Under the pieces are notes generated by a model. It did not search any database and was not told the DNA's origin. It was given only the letters and a program-made list of their open reading frames with translations. From positions 1,170,973 to 1,234,972 of the forward strand of contig BDGG01000012.1 in assembly GCA_001949185.1 (NCBI GenBank): a stretch of DNA of 64,000 nucleotides, read 5' to 3'. Position 1 is the first letter of the stretch, and the number at the start of each line of letters is the position of its first letter. Position numbers and translations under genes: made by a program. Below, in pieces: positions 1 to 12,909 of the stretch. This stretch comes from Ramazzottius varieornatus (taxonomy: Eukaryota; Animalia; Tardigrada).

Positions 1-3000
1 CCCACACTTGAGCTGCGCACGTTAAGTCACAATCTGCACATTACAAAACTGTAAGTTGACAGTCAACACCGTATTGAGGGTATTGAGAGCGCAAAGAGAT
101 TTACCGGTCCATCCGTGAGGGAGTGAACCGGAAGAGTGGCTGGCCCAACAAAGAGCTAACCGGTCCTCGGGGAGTAGTCCGTTGTTCCGATAATCTCCAC
201 ACCTTTCTCTCCTTCGACAGTCCTGAAGGACGGTCATTTTGTTCCTTGACTCGGACCTTTCATCACTTCAATTCCCTCCTTGAGCAACTTTTACACAGGT
301 TCACCTTACTTCCTCCTCGCATTCCTGTTCAATGAAAGCATACACGCATTTCCCTCCTCACATTCTAGTTCTTGATTTTTATGACCTGATCGATCCATAC
401 TCCTATTACACCATGACTTCTGATTGTCAATCGCGGTTACGACCCTTCCTTTTACTTTGCCGATTCATCGCAAAGCAACACAATAACAACGCGGGCCGCG
501 TTATAAAAAGTTTGACCCCTCATAATAGAAACCAAAGCTCCCTTACTGACATCTAGTTGCAATATTTCCCTGGTTTCTATTCGAGTGTTGCATTCTGATT
601 TCCTCTGCCATGATCTGTGCGGCCTCATAGCGAGTTGTGAAGCGAGGAGAACACCCCGGTAGCTTTTGCTCCTTTGTGTCCTACGAGCTCGTTTCCACTC
701 ATTTTCGCATCAAATCACCAAAATCCTTTCCGCTCGTTCAGACTTGCACGCAGCTATTCCGACCCTATCCTTTCAAAAGCTAGCTGGCCAAACTGCTTCC
801 CCTCGCTTTGATTCCTCATCTTTCGCAGTCGCGGCACTGCAAAATTACAATGGGCTCTTTTTAAAAGAACAAGCCATCACTTTGTCGTTCGTTCGCTTCA
901 CTTCACTACCATTTACGCTGTATTGCCTTGTCATAAAACCACCTCTTCCTTCCTCCGCCCCACATCCTCCTCTCGACTTGCAAAACGATCTCTTCATCAC
1001 AGCCATCTTTCCCTCTTGTCACCAGCTGCAGTGTACGCTGGCAAAAAATGACCGCACACGCTCAAGCCCTCGTCAAGACCTCGCCGTACTTCCTCGTTGA
1101 TACCTACAAACAGACCACTTTGTTGTACATTTGGACATAACTTTGTGCATAACTAATCATTTTCGTCCGCATTCGAAATTCCAAGCTAACTCACCGGGAA
1201 ACCAGACGAATGCCCGCTAATCCTGAGAAGCAGATGTGGCCCATTCTCATCAGCGCCCCATCCACCTCTAGGGGGATGTCGGAAGTGAGATGGATGTGTG
1301 ACAAGCGGAAGCTGGCTTTGAGTGAGAGGAACGTAACGTTGAAGACCTCTATTCGATCTGGACGCTGAAGTATCAGGTGACTCGCGGTAATTACCGTAAC
1401 ACGCTAACACTTGACATCCATCCTCACTCGGTTCCAGCTCTTACTACTCCAGGCTTCCCTCCCTCCCTTCGTATTCTGGATATGCGCAGTCTACATAGCG
1501 CACTACTAGCTTGCCCACACAAGCCGAACTTCCGTAATCGTGCCTTTCATTATGAATTTTCGATGGGTTATTGAAAACGGTAATGTTGATGGGCAAACTC
1601 ATCACTGACGAGTCGACAGTAAAGGCTTTAACCGTAGTCCCTAATATTTCGAAGCTGTGGAAGCCCTTTCGATTTTAGACGTGATGTTTCAGGAAGGTTG
1701 TCAAGCATTCATCCGGCACGTTCCTTCGTGCCTGAAGCCTCGGCATTACGGTCCGGTGCTAGGCGGAAACCAGTCTTTTTTCTCAGGCACAACGGCACTT
1801 TCGTTACGGCGACACATATCCTTAATCCGTTGGTCAACAACGCCGTAAGCAGATTGTAACAAAAATCCCTGAAACTATCTCACATTTTAGAGCTGACATG
1901 ATTAGCTTGATGGAGCTTCTTATTGAATCTCTTTTCCATCCGACATTCGGCCGACATTTCACGATGATGAGAAATTGATCTATGCGTCTGGCTATCCGTT
2001 TTTTGACTATTTGACGCGACCGCGTGATTTGATTATCGATTTGACTTACGACTTCGCTCTTATAGAGTCATTCTCCTACACTCAAAATTACGGCAGACAC
2101 GAGCAAACACACTAATCTCAAAAAATCAAACACTGGTGTATGTTCAATGCATCACAAGTTCAAACAGATGTATCGAAGGCCTCGAGAACCCACATGGTTA
2201 CGCCGAACAGTCCTAGCGACCTCAACGTGCAAACTCTCCGTCTAACTCTAACATCTGTTATAACATGGAGGTAGTGAATGTCATATTGTCATTCCCTGCG
2301 TCAAGCCTCGACGGTCAATGTATGGACTATGCAGGAAAATCTTCAAGGTGCGTCAAAGATCACGATAGACCAGGAAGAGTAAACAATCGCGGAGACCTCG
2401 TGTTGGGTTCCTGGTGGATCAATTACTGCTGAACAAGAGCCAACACACACGTTTCCGCTCGGATGAGGCGCTTCGCACTTTCACGCTCTTCACGACTAAC
2501 ACCATTGTTTGTTCCTCTATCCGCATCGATTTTTTTTTCCAGCAACCATTAACTGCCGGTACTTCGGGCCAGAACGTGGAACCCGCAAAACCACAAAAAT
2601 CTTACACCTGCCTGAGCAATCTTGGTTTACTTCTTCTGAACTCAACACTCGTCACGAAGTTGTTAATATTTCTGCCAAGATATGAAGACGATATCATATT
2701 TCAAAGACAGGGAATGGAATCGAGATCGATATCCTATAAAATAATTCTGCGCAAAGACTGGTTTGAAACCTATGTCGTCCAAGTTCAACCCAATCTTCAA
2801 ACTCTGATTGATGCAAGCAAAATTTGGCAAACATGAACTATTCCCAGCACACTCAATTCATTACTACCACTTCCCATCATTCAAAGAACCTGTTCAACTT
2901 CGAGAATCTTAATTTGCGAAGAAAGAGGCTTGCGGCCATTCTTCACCTTCTATTTTCCTTTGAATGTCAAGTTTCTACTCCCAACGAAGCCTCTGATGTT

Positions 3001-3052
3001 TTGTATGACTTCTTCCATGTTCCACGAAACTATAAAACCAATTAGTCAGGTC

Positions 3053-3091
3053 CTCCAAAGCACCTCCAAAGCCCCTCCAAAGCCACCCAAG
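3053..3091 (+). repeat. Short tandem repeat, ~3.5 x 11 bp (CTCCAAAGCMC)
   Basis: ctccaaagcac-ctccaaagccc-ctccaaagcca-cccaag read directly. Confidence 0.8.
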
Positions 3092-4094
3092 CCTGACTGA
3101 TTCCATCCCGGTATAGCTTCAATAAAACGGCACGTTTCATGGTCAACTGACTCGACTCAGCATAAGTCCTTCTGATCGTTCCAAAAGCCATATTCTACCG
3201 TCGCCCATCAAAACGGCCCTTCAGATTTCCGTCTAAAATATCATTGTTTATCTGGACGTGCCCTGTGAAAGGGTTCTAAAATTTCCACTTCCAGCATGAA
3301 CCTTAAAGAAATTGCCGACAGACTGGGACAACCACTTCAGATGACCACCAAAACTGTCATTCTCGAACCGACCACTGACCACCGTCTCAACTATCATCGA
3401 CATGCATTTTATATAAAATTTAACAGCGTCTTTAGGGTATAGTTACGAAATGTCTTCAGTCCAAATACCCTTGCAAAACTCAAAAACAATTCTGAGCAAG
3501 GTTCGGGTGGACGGTCTAGACAGGTTTCGTCGTCTTTGACTTTAGGGCCTCAGACGACACAACTTCTTCAAAGACATGGCTGGCGTAGATGATAAGAAGT
3601 TCAAGTGCGGTGTGTAAATGACGTCCACTTCAGAATCATCCAGCCCAAATTTCCATAACAAACGCCAGCCTGATAAACCGCCATGCAGTCATGTTTTCAA
3701 GCACTCCTGTCCGCGCTTCTGTCGCCCTAATCGACATCGATCCTGCCACCCGAAGTCGCACAGCAGGATCATGCTTGACTATCTGTACTCGTGTACATGC
3801 GGACCGGCAGCCATTGCTGGTTCAAACTGTAGGCGGGCAAAGTTTGACTATGAACGTGAGCTGAAAAAAGGAGGTCATGCGAATCGTCCAGCGATTCCTC
3901 CTCCCTTCAACACGACCATGTATCCTATCCCTCACTCCACTTGACTCACGTCCATCGGATAATATTGCACAAAGGCACGCGGAAGAACTAACTGTCACCG
4001 TTCAAGTCCTCCGTCTTCCTAAAGGCCCTTTCCGGACTAGGACTCTGCAAGACAAAAATTCCAAACAGAAGGCAACAGAAGATCTCAAGCTAGG

Positions 4095-4207
4095 GCCGAA
4101 AATAGTAATTGGACACGACCACTAAATCAAGCGGCGCACATTTCCTTTATTATTGGCTGAAAGTGTGCGCCACTTCAAAAAGCGATCTTGGTGAGTCATT
4201 TGCCGCC
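4095..4207. mobile_element. Palindromic MITE-like element, copy 1 (the only copy outside an identified gene)
   Basis: caagcggcgcacatttcctttattattggctgaaagtgtgcgccacttcaaaaagcgatcttggtgagtcatttgccg matches the family consensus; left arm is degenerate. Confidence 0.75.
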
Positions 4208-7200
4208 GTCCCATAAACGAAATACTCTGCAAATTTTCTAACCCGCTAGAAACGTAGGGAAAATTGCCACTGCTTTCTCGGTTTGTGGTACAAGCGTTTT
4301 TGTCCAGCCGATCCATTCGGCAGTTTCGGTTGGGTTCTCAGAAGGTCGTCCCGGCATGCAGCTGGTCGAAATTAACAATGGTGTGTATTTCTGTATGAAG
4401 AGAGCTCTGAGCTCTCCAGGGAATCTTAATGGGGGCTTTCAATCAAGCCGCACACTGAAGACTCCAGCGTGGACTTTGTCCAACAACTAATTCCAACTTC
4501 ACTCTTTGATATCGACATATTCTTCCGCCAATCCAACCAACGTTAACGCTCGTTCCGCTGAGTGTTTCAATCTTGACCAGCGACCATCAATCATAACGGT
4601 CAAAGCAAGTCGAGTCTGCTCTTCGTCTGATCAAAGGCTGAACTGCTCTCTCAAGAAAGTGCAAAACAGCTATCGCGCTCTATTCTTCACAATATTCCAA
4701 CGTCAGACATTCTTTCAAAACACCTTCACTTTTCGGTCACCAACGATCGCACAATGGTGCTTTAAAACTACTCGGTTATGCCGAGAGATAACCTTTGATC
4801 GCGATTCTTTGAGCACCAAAATGCCGTCCGCTTTTCAGGAAGCAATCAGCGCCTTTGTCGACACTTTCCACAAACGTTGTGCTAAAAGCAAACTTGCCAG
4901 TGTGATTCGTTCTTTTCACCATTCACAGAACTTTCGCTTGCACTAGTGAGCTCTTTCCCGGGTTTTCCCTACAGGAAGGAACCCGCCAGAGACCAGTCGT
5001 CGATTATATACGAAAAAGCGGAAAAGCTCTCGGCTGTTATGACCTGATTTCTACAGACTATTCCCGTCGTATTCATCCCTATAAGCTCCGCCACAGCGAG
5101 AGGAAGGTTTTCATTATATTATTAGGAGCAGTTATGCCTAACGTCCGGTGCGATTGAAACACCGGTGGGTCTCGATCCCTCCATAATGAGTCCCTACGAG
5201 ATTAACCAGTAATTTGCTCAATTAAAACCGACGATGACCCGCTCTAATTTCTCTCCATCATACAAGCTTTACATTAAGCTTCATGCATCTGTTTTTTCTC
5301 GCCTTTGTCGAACCCCCCTAAGCTCGCTACTTCTTTTCTCATTACGAGGGTTTGCCATGCTTATCCAAGTGCGACTAAAGTAGCCGTTAGTTCTCCACAG
5401 TTATGCATCTGTATTGTTATCGAACAGATCAATAAATTCGGCATCGATATCGATCCGCTCTTTACGCTACAAGTAGGAAAAACAAATTTTTTGCCGATCG
5501 CCAGCAAGCCTATGTCGAACGCTCGGCAGTATAATCGATTGTAAACTGCGACAGTTTTTTTTCTTCTGGATGGTGCCGCTTCGAGACCAACTTTGCAAGT
5601 CAATCGGACGTAGCATCTCGCATCTTTTCCTTCGATTCTTCCTCCTGCTTTTTTCAAAAAGTTCGGTAATGGGCGCGGCGGTATCTCACAAGTGATGTGA
5701 AAGTCTATTCATAACTTCCATGGGAGAAAAAACTCTCAATGTCAACCGCTTGCTATGCATCGGAGACGCTATCAGGAAGTCTGAAAAGCCGACCGTGGAA
5801 TGACAATCAGGTCGTGTTTAGAGTTCTAAGGCTATACTGGGTCCCTCACTCGTCTTCCTGTCATGTTGACAAAGCAATAGGACACTTTAGCGTGAGCTCT
5901 TCAAGGCGGACCGCGCATGCATCAGTAAGTTCCGCGTGGCAGACTCTGTAGTAGTGGAAGACTGCCCAGTTGAGCCGACGCGACATCCATGCAAACAAAA
6001 ATCCTTTTAAAATCCAACACTTTACGAGGCCATCAAAAAGCAATGACATTTTGTCAAGACGACAGAAGATTCAGAGGAAGTTCAACACGACACAACAAAT
6101 ATCACGTCAGGCTTTAGCCAAGCTTCACCCGTACTGCTTGTCGCAAAAGACGCACACGCCTTGCAACCGTCTGCCAAAACACCATTACACGAACCGAGCG
6201 AAACCCTCCCACTTTTCCGAGTTCGCCAAAACATTTACAAGAATAACGAACAATATTGCCATTGTTTTAACAACTCAGTTTCAGAAGACACAACGCTAGT
6301 CGTGGGACGAAGTATCTGGGAGGCCGGCATACAATCTCGGGATGATCGTTATCCCAAGCGGCGCGCCTTCCCAGACAAAAATAAGGAAAACGTGCGCAGC
6401 TTGGCGTAAAGATCGACCCGAGAATGTCTGCCGCTCTCCCATCTGACATGACTGTTCGTTCTTCCTAACTTTGATATGCGACATGTCCTGAAATCATCTA
6501 CCGTCACGGAACTATCCACCGGTACTCGAATCGCCCATTAAACTTCTCCTAATGCTTCCAACGCACATTTCCATGTTATCATTACGAAGGCTCTATTCTG
6601 ACATTCACCGCATATTTTCGTCACAAAAGCTGTTTACACAATGACGTGAAGCAGGTCTTGGCGCCATGTGTCAGAATCCAGCCATCTATTCCAGCCCTGT
6701 ATAATGACATAAAATTATGAATGATGCACACGTAATGCCCTATAGTCATCACAAACACTGAAGGAAACAGAGCGCTATCAGTAATTTCGTAAAAGCCATA
6801 ATCCAACCTGCTGATTTCACAACAGACGCATCACAGAAATCAACAGAAACTCCTGTGTAAAATATTGATTATTGTTTATGACATGATTTTCAACCTTCAT
6901 CATTAATGAATATCCCTCTATTTTCGCGCATCATCTCGTAAATTAATCTAGCATTTTTATTCCGTTTCCGCCATTCCCCTCCCAGCAGGAGTTATTCATG
7001 CGGAAGGGCCTAGACGTGGTTATTAAGATGTATAATTTAAACTAGGCTAATAGACGCGGGTGTAAAGGCAGGCTTCGTTCATCGTCGTAGTGTCATATGA
7101 ATATACGGCATAACAAGCCTCCGTTGGCTTTCCGAAAGACGCTCTCGTTATCAGAGCTGCATGCAGCCTTCCTCAGTCGCCTCCTCCGCGCTCAACTCTC

Positions 7201-7863
7201 AACTTCAGCAAGCTTCACTCGACATCTTGTGTACACAGCTAGCCAACAAAATCGATATGCTGCTCACACGGCTTCATAAAATCCAAGCCGCAAACTTTGG
7301 CCATGGAGAAACACCCAACGATCGCAGAAACGTTGGAAAGGGAAGTCCCTTCCCTTCCATCACTTCGCTTCCTATCACCCGAAGCCTTTTCCTAAACCGT
7401 CTCCGTCTTCCTAGCTTGCTCGACGATGCTCCTAGGGAAAAATAACCCTTAAACCCCTGCAAAAAGACAAGATATTCGAATATTTACGTTCGGTGAAGAA
7501 TGTTTTGACTGGGGCGAAATTCATCACGATTGTATAGCAGCAATTATCAGCTCCTAATTGCCAGCGTGAACAAATAATCAGCCATGCTACAGACGCCACT
7601 GAAGTGAAGAGATGCCTTGATAGTCTGGTCGGGAAGCAAAGAGACGCGCGAGGGAAGATGACTCTCCCTTGGAATATTTCTTGCTTGTCGATCGGAAGAG
7701 CGGCCATTGTCCACGAACAGCTTCTCTTCGTTCCTTCTGCCTTCCCTTCCAACCCTTTTCCTTTTCCCAGCAACATTCCATTTCCTACACTCTAACAGTC
7801 TCCACGCATGACTGCGTTTCCTCTTTCTCTCCGTCCATCTGACCCTTTAAATCCGTGTTGTCA

Positions 7864-7879
7864 AGAGAGAGAGAGAGAG
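7864..7879 (+). repeat. (GA)n microsatellite next to a CT-rich tract (7720-7835)
   Basis: agagagagagagagag; could be a GAGA-type promoter element, but this is unproven. Confidence 0.6.
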
Positions 7880-9036
7880 TGAAAAGACGAAAGAGAGAAA
7901 GACACGAGGACGAAGAAGAACGAAGTGAATATTACAAGACGGCTAAATTGCCTGCTTGGAGCTTACCTTGCCGTTGCCTCCTTGTGAATTCCGCTGTCTT
8001 GATGTGGCCAATGTGGCATCTGCCGAGAATGCACAGCGCACATGGACTAGGACCGTAAATATACAACTGCTTAATAGCAACCCAAAGAGATCCATGCCGC
8101 CAATCTGTAGTCGCATGATGCGCTATTCCTTTCTCAGGATGGAGGACAGACGAGGAGTGAAGGGACAGGACGCGGGTACCAGGATAGTCCACCAAGAGCC
8201 TCTTCTCATCTCACATTGTTCCTGAAATAAAATAGAGAAAAACACACACCATCCAAGGATAAAATTTGGGTAGTATAGTCCAATCGTCCTAATCCGCAAA
8301 CAGCAGTCTTCTTCGGCAATATTCCGTCTCCTTCCGATGGGAGATTAAGTCTTCCCACTGCTGTACTATCTCTGCACCAGCATTGGACTGTATGTCCTCA
8401 GAGCAGGAGAATAATTCAACAACAACGCAACATCCCTGGAATGGCACACTTGGTGATGGTTGAGATCGAGACAGTTGGGAAAGCAAGACAAGATTAAATA
8501 ATCGCAATTTATTTTGGCTGGTGGGCGGGCCCGGCGAAGAGTATGGACCACTCACAAGTCTCACGCCCGTTTTGTACGAAGGATGTCCGCCAGGTGACGC
8601 CGCAGCGCTCTTTTGTTTCGCAGACCGGAAGTCAATCCTCTCTTGCAGAAACGTTTGGAGATCAGAATCAGATACGGAGAGCCCAACAGAGAGTCATTTA
8701 GTTCGCGGAAAATTCCCACTCATGTTCACAGTAGCAGTAGTCATTGAGGTCAAAAGAACAAGGAGTTTACGCGAAAGCGAATCGGTCATTTTGAAGCTCC
8801 AGGATGTGCCAATCTCTTTTTCAGCAAGAATAATCAGAACCTCGTTCCAGCAGGCAAAAACAAAACCTTACTTCACCTAGCAGGTTCGACCAACTTTTAC
8901 AAACATCGATCATCTTTGGTCCGAAGTGGTTAGTCCGTTTTCATCAGCATTCGCACTATCATCGTTCGAGGCCGGACTTACGCGCATCATGACGGAGCAT
9001 CCATTACAAATTTCGTCCACGGGGAATGTATTTGGA

Positions 9037-10192
9037 ATGCGAAAAATCTTCATATGCATGCTAGTCCTGATGCTTCCTGCGGCAACCCGTAAGTCTCCAT
9101 AACCATACTTTTGGAGCGTATGTCACTGTAATTACACTTTGACAGAGCTAAATTATAGCCTTCGCGACCGCTGACCATGTCGGCAGGACTAAGCTTAGAC
9201 CAACGCACGTTTAGTTTCTTCAGATGTGCTTAGCTGGGGTGTCTTGTTCTAATCTTTTCTTTCCAGAGGCTCTGCAAAATGAAGGTTGGGACTCTGGTTG
9301 GAGGCAGACTTCTGCAACATCCACAACGACCTCCATGCCTCCCTTCAGGATAGGCACCAGGCAAATAGTGCAACAGATTGCACCTGGAGTGATTGCTTGG
9401 AACTTCACAATCCCCTGGCGAAGACGACTATCGGCTACCTGTAAGAAAGCTCGACCATATTACTTTTGATAAGAAGTTCCGACTGACCTTCCACATGTTT
9501 TGATAGCTACTGGATACAGTTTCGGTTTCAATACCGCATACACAGCTGGAGGACTCGGCTCAAGAACTGCCCTGGAAAATTTCTTGAACCCATTAAGCCA
9601 GATCGGCACAGGATACGGAACCACGGTGAACATCCCGGCCAGCGGGCCTGCGCAAGCTGCGTCCTTTCCCATCGTTGGAAGTGGATTACAAGGCGTGGCC
9701 ATAGTGCCCCCAGCTGCGGACCCAGCACTGCAGTCAGCTACCAATCCACGTCCGGTGGGCAGTATTGGAGCTTCTAACAATACCAACCTGCCTATCCCAG
9801 TTGCGCCGATCCCCACCGTTTCGGTACAACCTGATGCCCCTAGTGTCCGAATGGACGACGGAATTTTCAACACTGGGATCGCGTACCCTAATGTCCCTGT
9901 TCAACAACAGATGGCTTCTCCTAGCCAGCCGAACACGCCATACACTAACGTACTAACGCCTGTTTCAGTTCCGTCTCTTTCGACACAAAACGGACTATAC
10001 GAGGCTGAACTCCCGTTCAACGCGAATACTAACCTTTATCCTCCCAATCTACAGCCAACGGGGTATCCTGGCCAAAACGGCACAGGGTACTCGCCGCATA
10101 GCTACCCTACTGCGCCCACTAGGAATGAAGCATACGGAAACTACGCATCGCTACCGCCGCAGTCAGTCCCACTCGCGCCGAACAACGAATGA
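9037..10192 (+). CDS. Orphan secreted low-complexity Pro/Gly/Asn/Tyr/Thr-rich protein (~303 aa, 3 exons: 9037-9088, 9267-9440, 9507-10192)
   Basis: Signal-peptide-like MRKIFICMLVLMLPAAT followed by GTAAG; both introns are GT-AG with matching phase 1 and join ORFs 9224 and 9500 in frame. Confidence 0.7.
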
Positions 10193-10420
10193 GACATCAT
10201 CTCAAGGGAATTTATAAGCAGAGTAAATCTGGAGAAAAGAAGAAAGAAACATTAGGTGTGCCGAGAAACCCCGTGTCAGCAGACCATCGTCGAAATTCGG
10301 ACACAGAAATCTGCAACAGATATGAAAGAGTGCCGTAACTGTTATCATCCACTTCCAGTAGAAAAACAAGCCCTGTTCATTAAACATTGTACAGATATTT
10401 GAAGAAATTGTTTTACCGTT

Positions 10421-12021
10421 TCATTTCACACTGATAGCAGCGTTAAGTAAGTTGGCATCTTTCAAAGATACATTGTCCTCTGTAAGAGGCTTTGAAGGAA
10501 AGCCAGAAAGCAGCTGAAAGTCCTGTGAAGCGTAGTCGGGGCGAGCAGCTCGAATAAACCGTCGGATGTCCGAAACTGTACTTGTCTCGTTGAAACGATG
10601 AACCAAGCGACTTCCGTCAGCTAAACGAATCTGAATGTTGGTAGTAGGCTGACTAGCGTCAAACGAGACGGCGCTCTTCGCCTGGTCTTCCGCCTTTTTC
10701 TTGTCTGCTTCTGACAAGGCGGTCGGTGCTGAAACTTTCAGAGCATTCGACGAAACAACCGCAGGCGCAGGACTAAAAAACAGAGACAGAAATCATAACA
10801 TGTAAGAAAGGAAAGTCTTTAAGAGCTCGGCAAACGAACTTGATAAGATCGTTTTTCCCAACTACATTTGCGAATAATTTATGCTGTAAGAACAATTTGG
10901 TCTTATAGGTTTTTTTGTTTGAGCTCATGCACGTCTCCAGCTGAAAACAGTGGAATGTGCACCACTTGGGAAAACAATCTTGTCGAGTTAGTTTACCATC
11001 TGCCATTTACAACTGCACGACTAACCTTCCCAACATGTGACCGGTTCCAGTGAAGAATTCTTTAGGACGTTTAGGCTCGGTGTACTCTTGGTCACGTTTG
11101 TCTTCCATTTGTACACGAAGCTCTTTGCCACGAGCTGCAGTAATCAGCTCCAAAGGAACACGACCCTGTTTCACGCTGTTCATAAACTCGGCGTTAGCTG
11201 GATCGTCGTACCGACGCAGAGGACCATCATCAACAGTGAATCCATTCCGCCACATTCGTAAGGCCACAGGCGCGTTGTTTTCCACTGCCACTTGGCTGGC
11301 ATTTCGTCCAGCAGCACCCGAAAAAGTTTCGGCAGCCGTCGCCTGACCAGGATTAGCTGCATCACCGAGCCGAACTCCGCCACCTCCGAAGGTGTTTCCA
11401 CCCGGACGCCCACGAGAAGGACCAGCTAAAACAGTCAATAGAAGTAACCGACTTATGGACAGAAATACTCCAGAGTCACCTACCTGCATTAGGATCTTCC
11501 ACTTGTTCAGCGCCATGTTGTCGAGCAGCTTTGAACATGTTAGCGATGAGAGCATCAGGGTTAGTTTTCTTCTTGCCAGGTCCGATTACTTCCTGTCCCG
11601 ATCCAACGTAGAATTCCTGTTCGTCTCTATCCGAGTGATCTTCGCTGTCATCACTCTCCTCCTTTCCACGGATATCGTTGAAAGTACGAATACGAGCGTT
11701 ACCAGAAGGAGCAGCTTTCTTTTTCGGGTCTTTGTTACTTCCAGAGGACGGCATACTGAACGGTCCCGAGCCTTGTGTCAAACCGGAAGTGCCAGGCGCT
11801 CCACTCGCAGGTTGCCCTCTTCCCGGTGGGGAGGCAAAATCCTCCATGTTTACGTCTTCATCCGCGTTACCCGACATCTCGGAATCAAAATACGCTTCCA
11901 AGGCAGGCTGGATATCCCATTTGGCCAGCTCCAGGTAGAATCTAGCGCGGTTATCGTCGCTTCCCGTCGTACTGATGAACTGCGCTATCAAAGCGTCTTG
12001 ATCCGACTCCGTCATCGCCAT
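10421..12021 (-). CDS. NSFL1C: NSFL1 cofactor p47 (UBA-SEP-UBX adaptor of p97), 3 exons
   Basis: N-terminal UBA-like (ARFYLELAKWDIQPALEAYF), EFYVGSGQEV, SEP domain (LRMWRNGFTVDDGPLRRYDDP), SHP box (FTGTGHMLG), UBX (TTNIQIRLADGSRL...FPSKPL). Confidence 0.95.
10824..10998. mobile_element. Palindromic MITE-like element, copy 2 (p47 intron ~10773-11026), with an extra left arm
   Basis: agctcggcaaacgaacttgataagatcgtttttccca ... tgtgcaccacttgggaaaacaatcttgtcgagtt. Confidence 0.8.
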
Positions 12022-12909
12022 CCTGTGGTTACTGTAACTAGGAATCAAGACGTTTCCAGCACGAAGGGCCAGACGTTGCCAACAATACTCCTTACCCGGA
12101 CTTCTCCGGCAGAGTCGTGTCCCACGGGATGATATTCAACGACGAAGGAAGAGGAAGAATAATGGATGGACGTCTTTATGGAGATGGAAATCTGATGTGT
12201 CAGAATCAGAGTGAAGTGGTGATTAATTTTTACTACTGTAGTGCTACCAAATTATCGCGCACGCAACCACGTGAACAGTAAATGATGCCCGGGTGAGAGT
12301 CAGCGAGGCTATAGTGATAACATCTGATCACGCTGGGCAGCGATGACTCATCACGCGGTTCAGTGCGCGATAATTTGGTAACACTACAGTATAATAAAAT
12401 CGCAAACTCTACACAAATTGGCGTGGCCCAGAGTGACAGCACGCCCAAGGGTTTACCACACCATCGGAAACGCAAAGCGCAACACGCGGTGAACCGGTTT
12501 ATGGTGGGCCTTGATGAGCAGGAAGCACCATTTGGTTCATTCACAGGCGCTGTTCATTGGTGGGCGAAATGGGTTATGGCGGCATAAGACCAACCTCCTG
12601 CTATCTCGTGCGCGAGTCGAGCGAGTGCAACGTGCGCTCAAATTTCGTAATCCGGTCACTCCGGTGTAAGCTAAAAAAACTGATGGAGGAAAATTGCGCA
12701 GGAAGATTATCCAGGAAGTCCTCCAACCCCTTGTCCTCGGAAGTACGCTATTATAGTATCTAAACCTGGATAATCGGTGAACTCTTGTGCTGCGAGAAAT
12801 CCATCCTGGAGGTGTGTTAACGACGGCATTCGGGAGTTGAACGATTTCACCGTTCAACCAGAAGAATGGGTTCCTCTTTTCTTTGCAGGACTGATTCCGC
12901 ATCGTTGGA

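Noticed and set aside
3297-3443. Short ORF MNLKEIADRLG resembling a transposase HTH start
   Set aside because: Only 48 codons, with no downstream DDE domain or TIRs.
11392-12132. 246-aa antisense ORF over p47 (and similar antisense ORFs over E2F, USP36 and HACD3)
   Set aside because: Shadow ORFs on the opposite strand of real exons.
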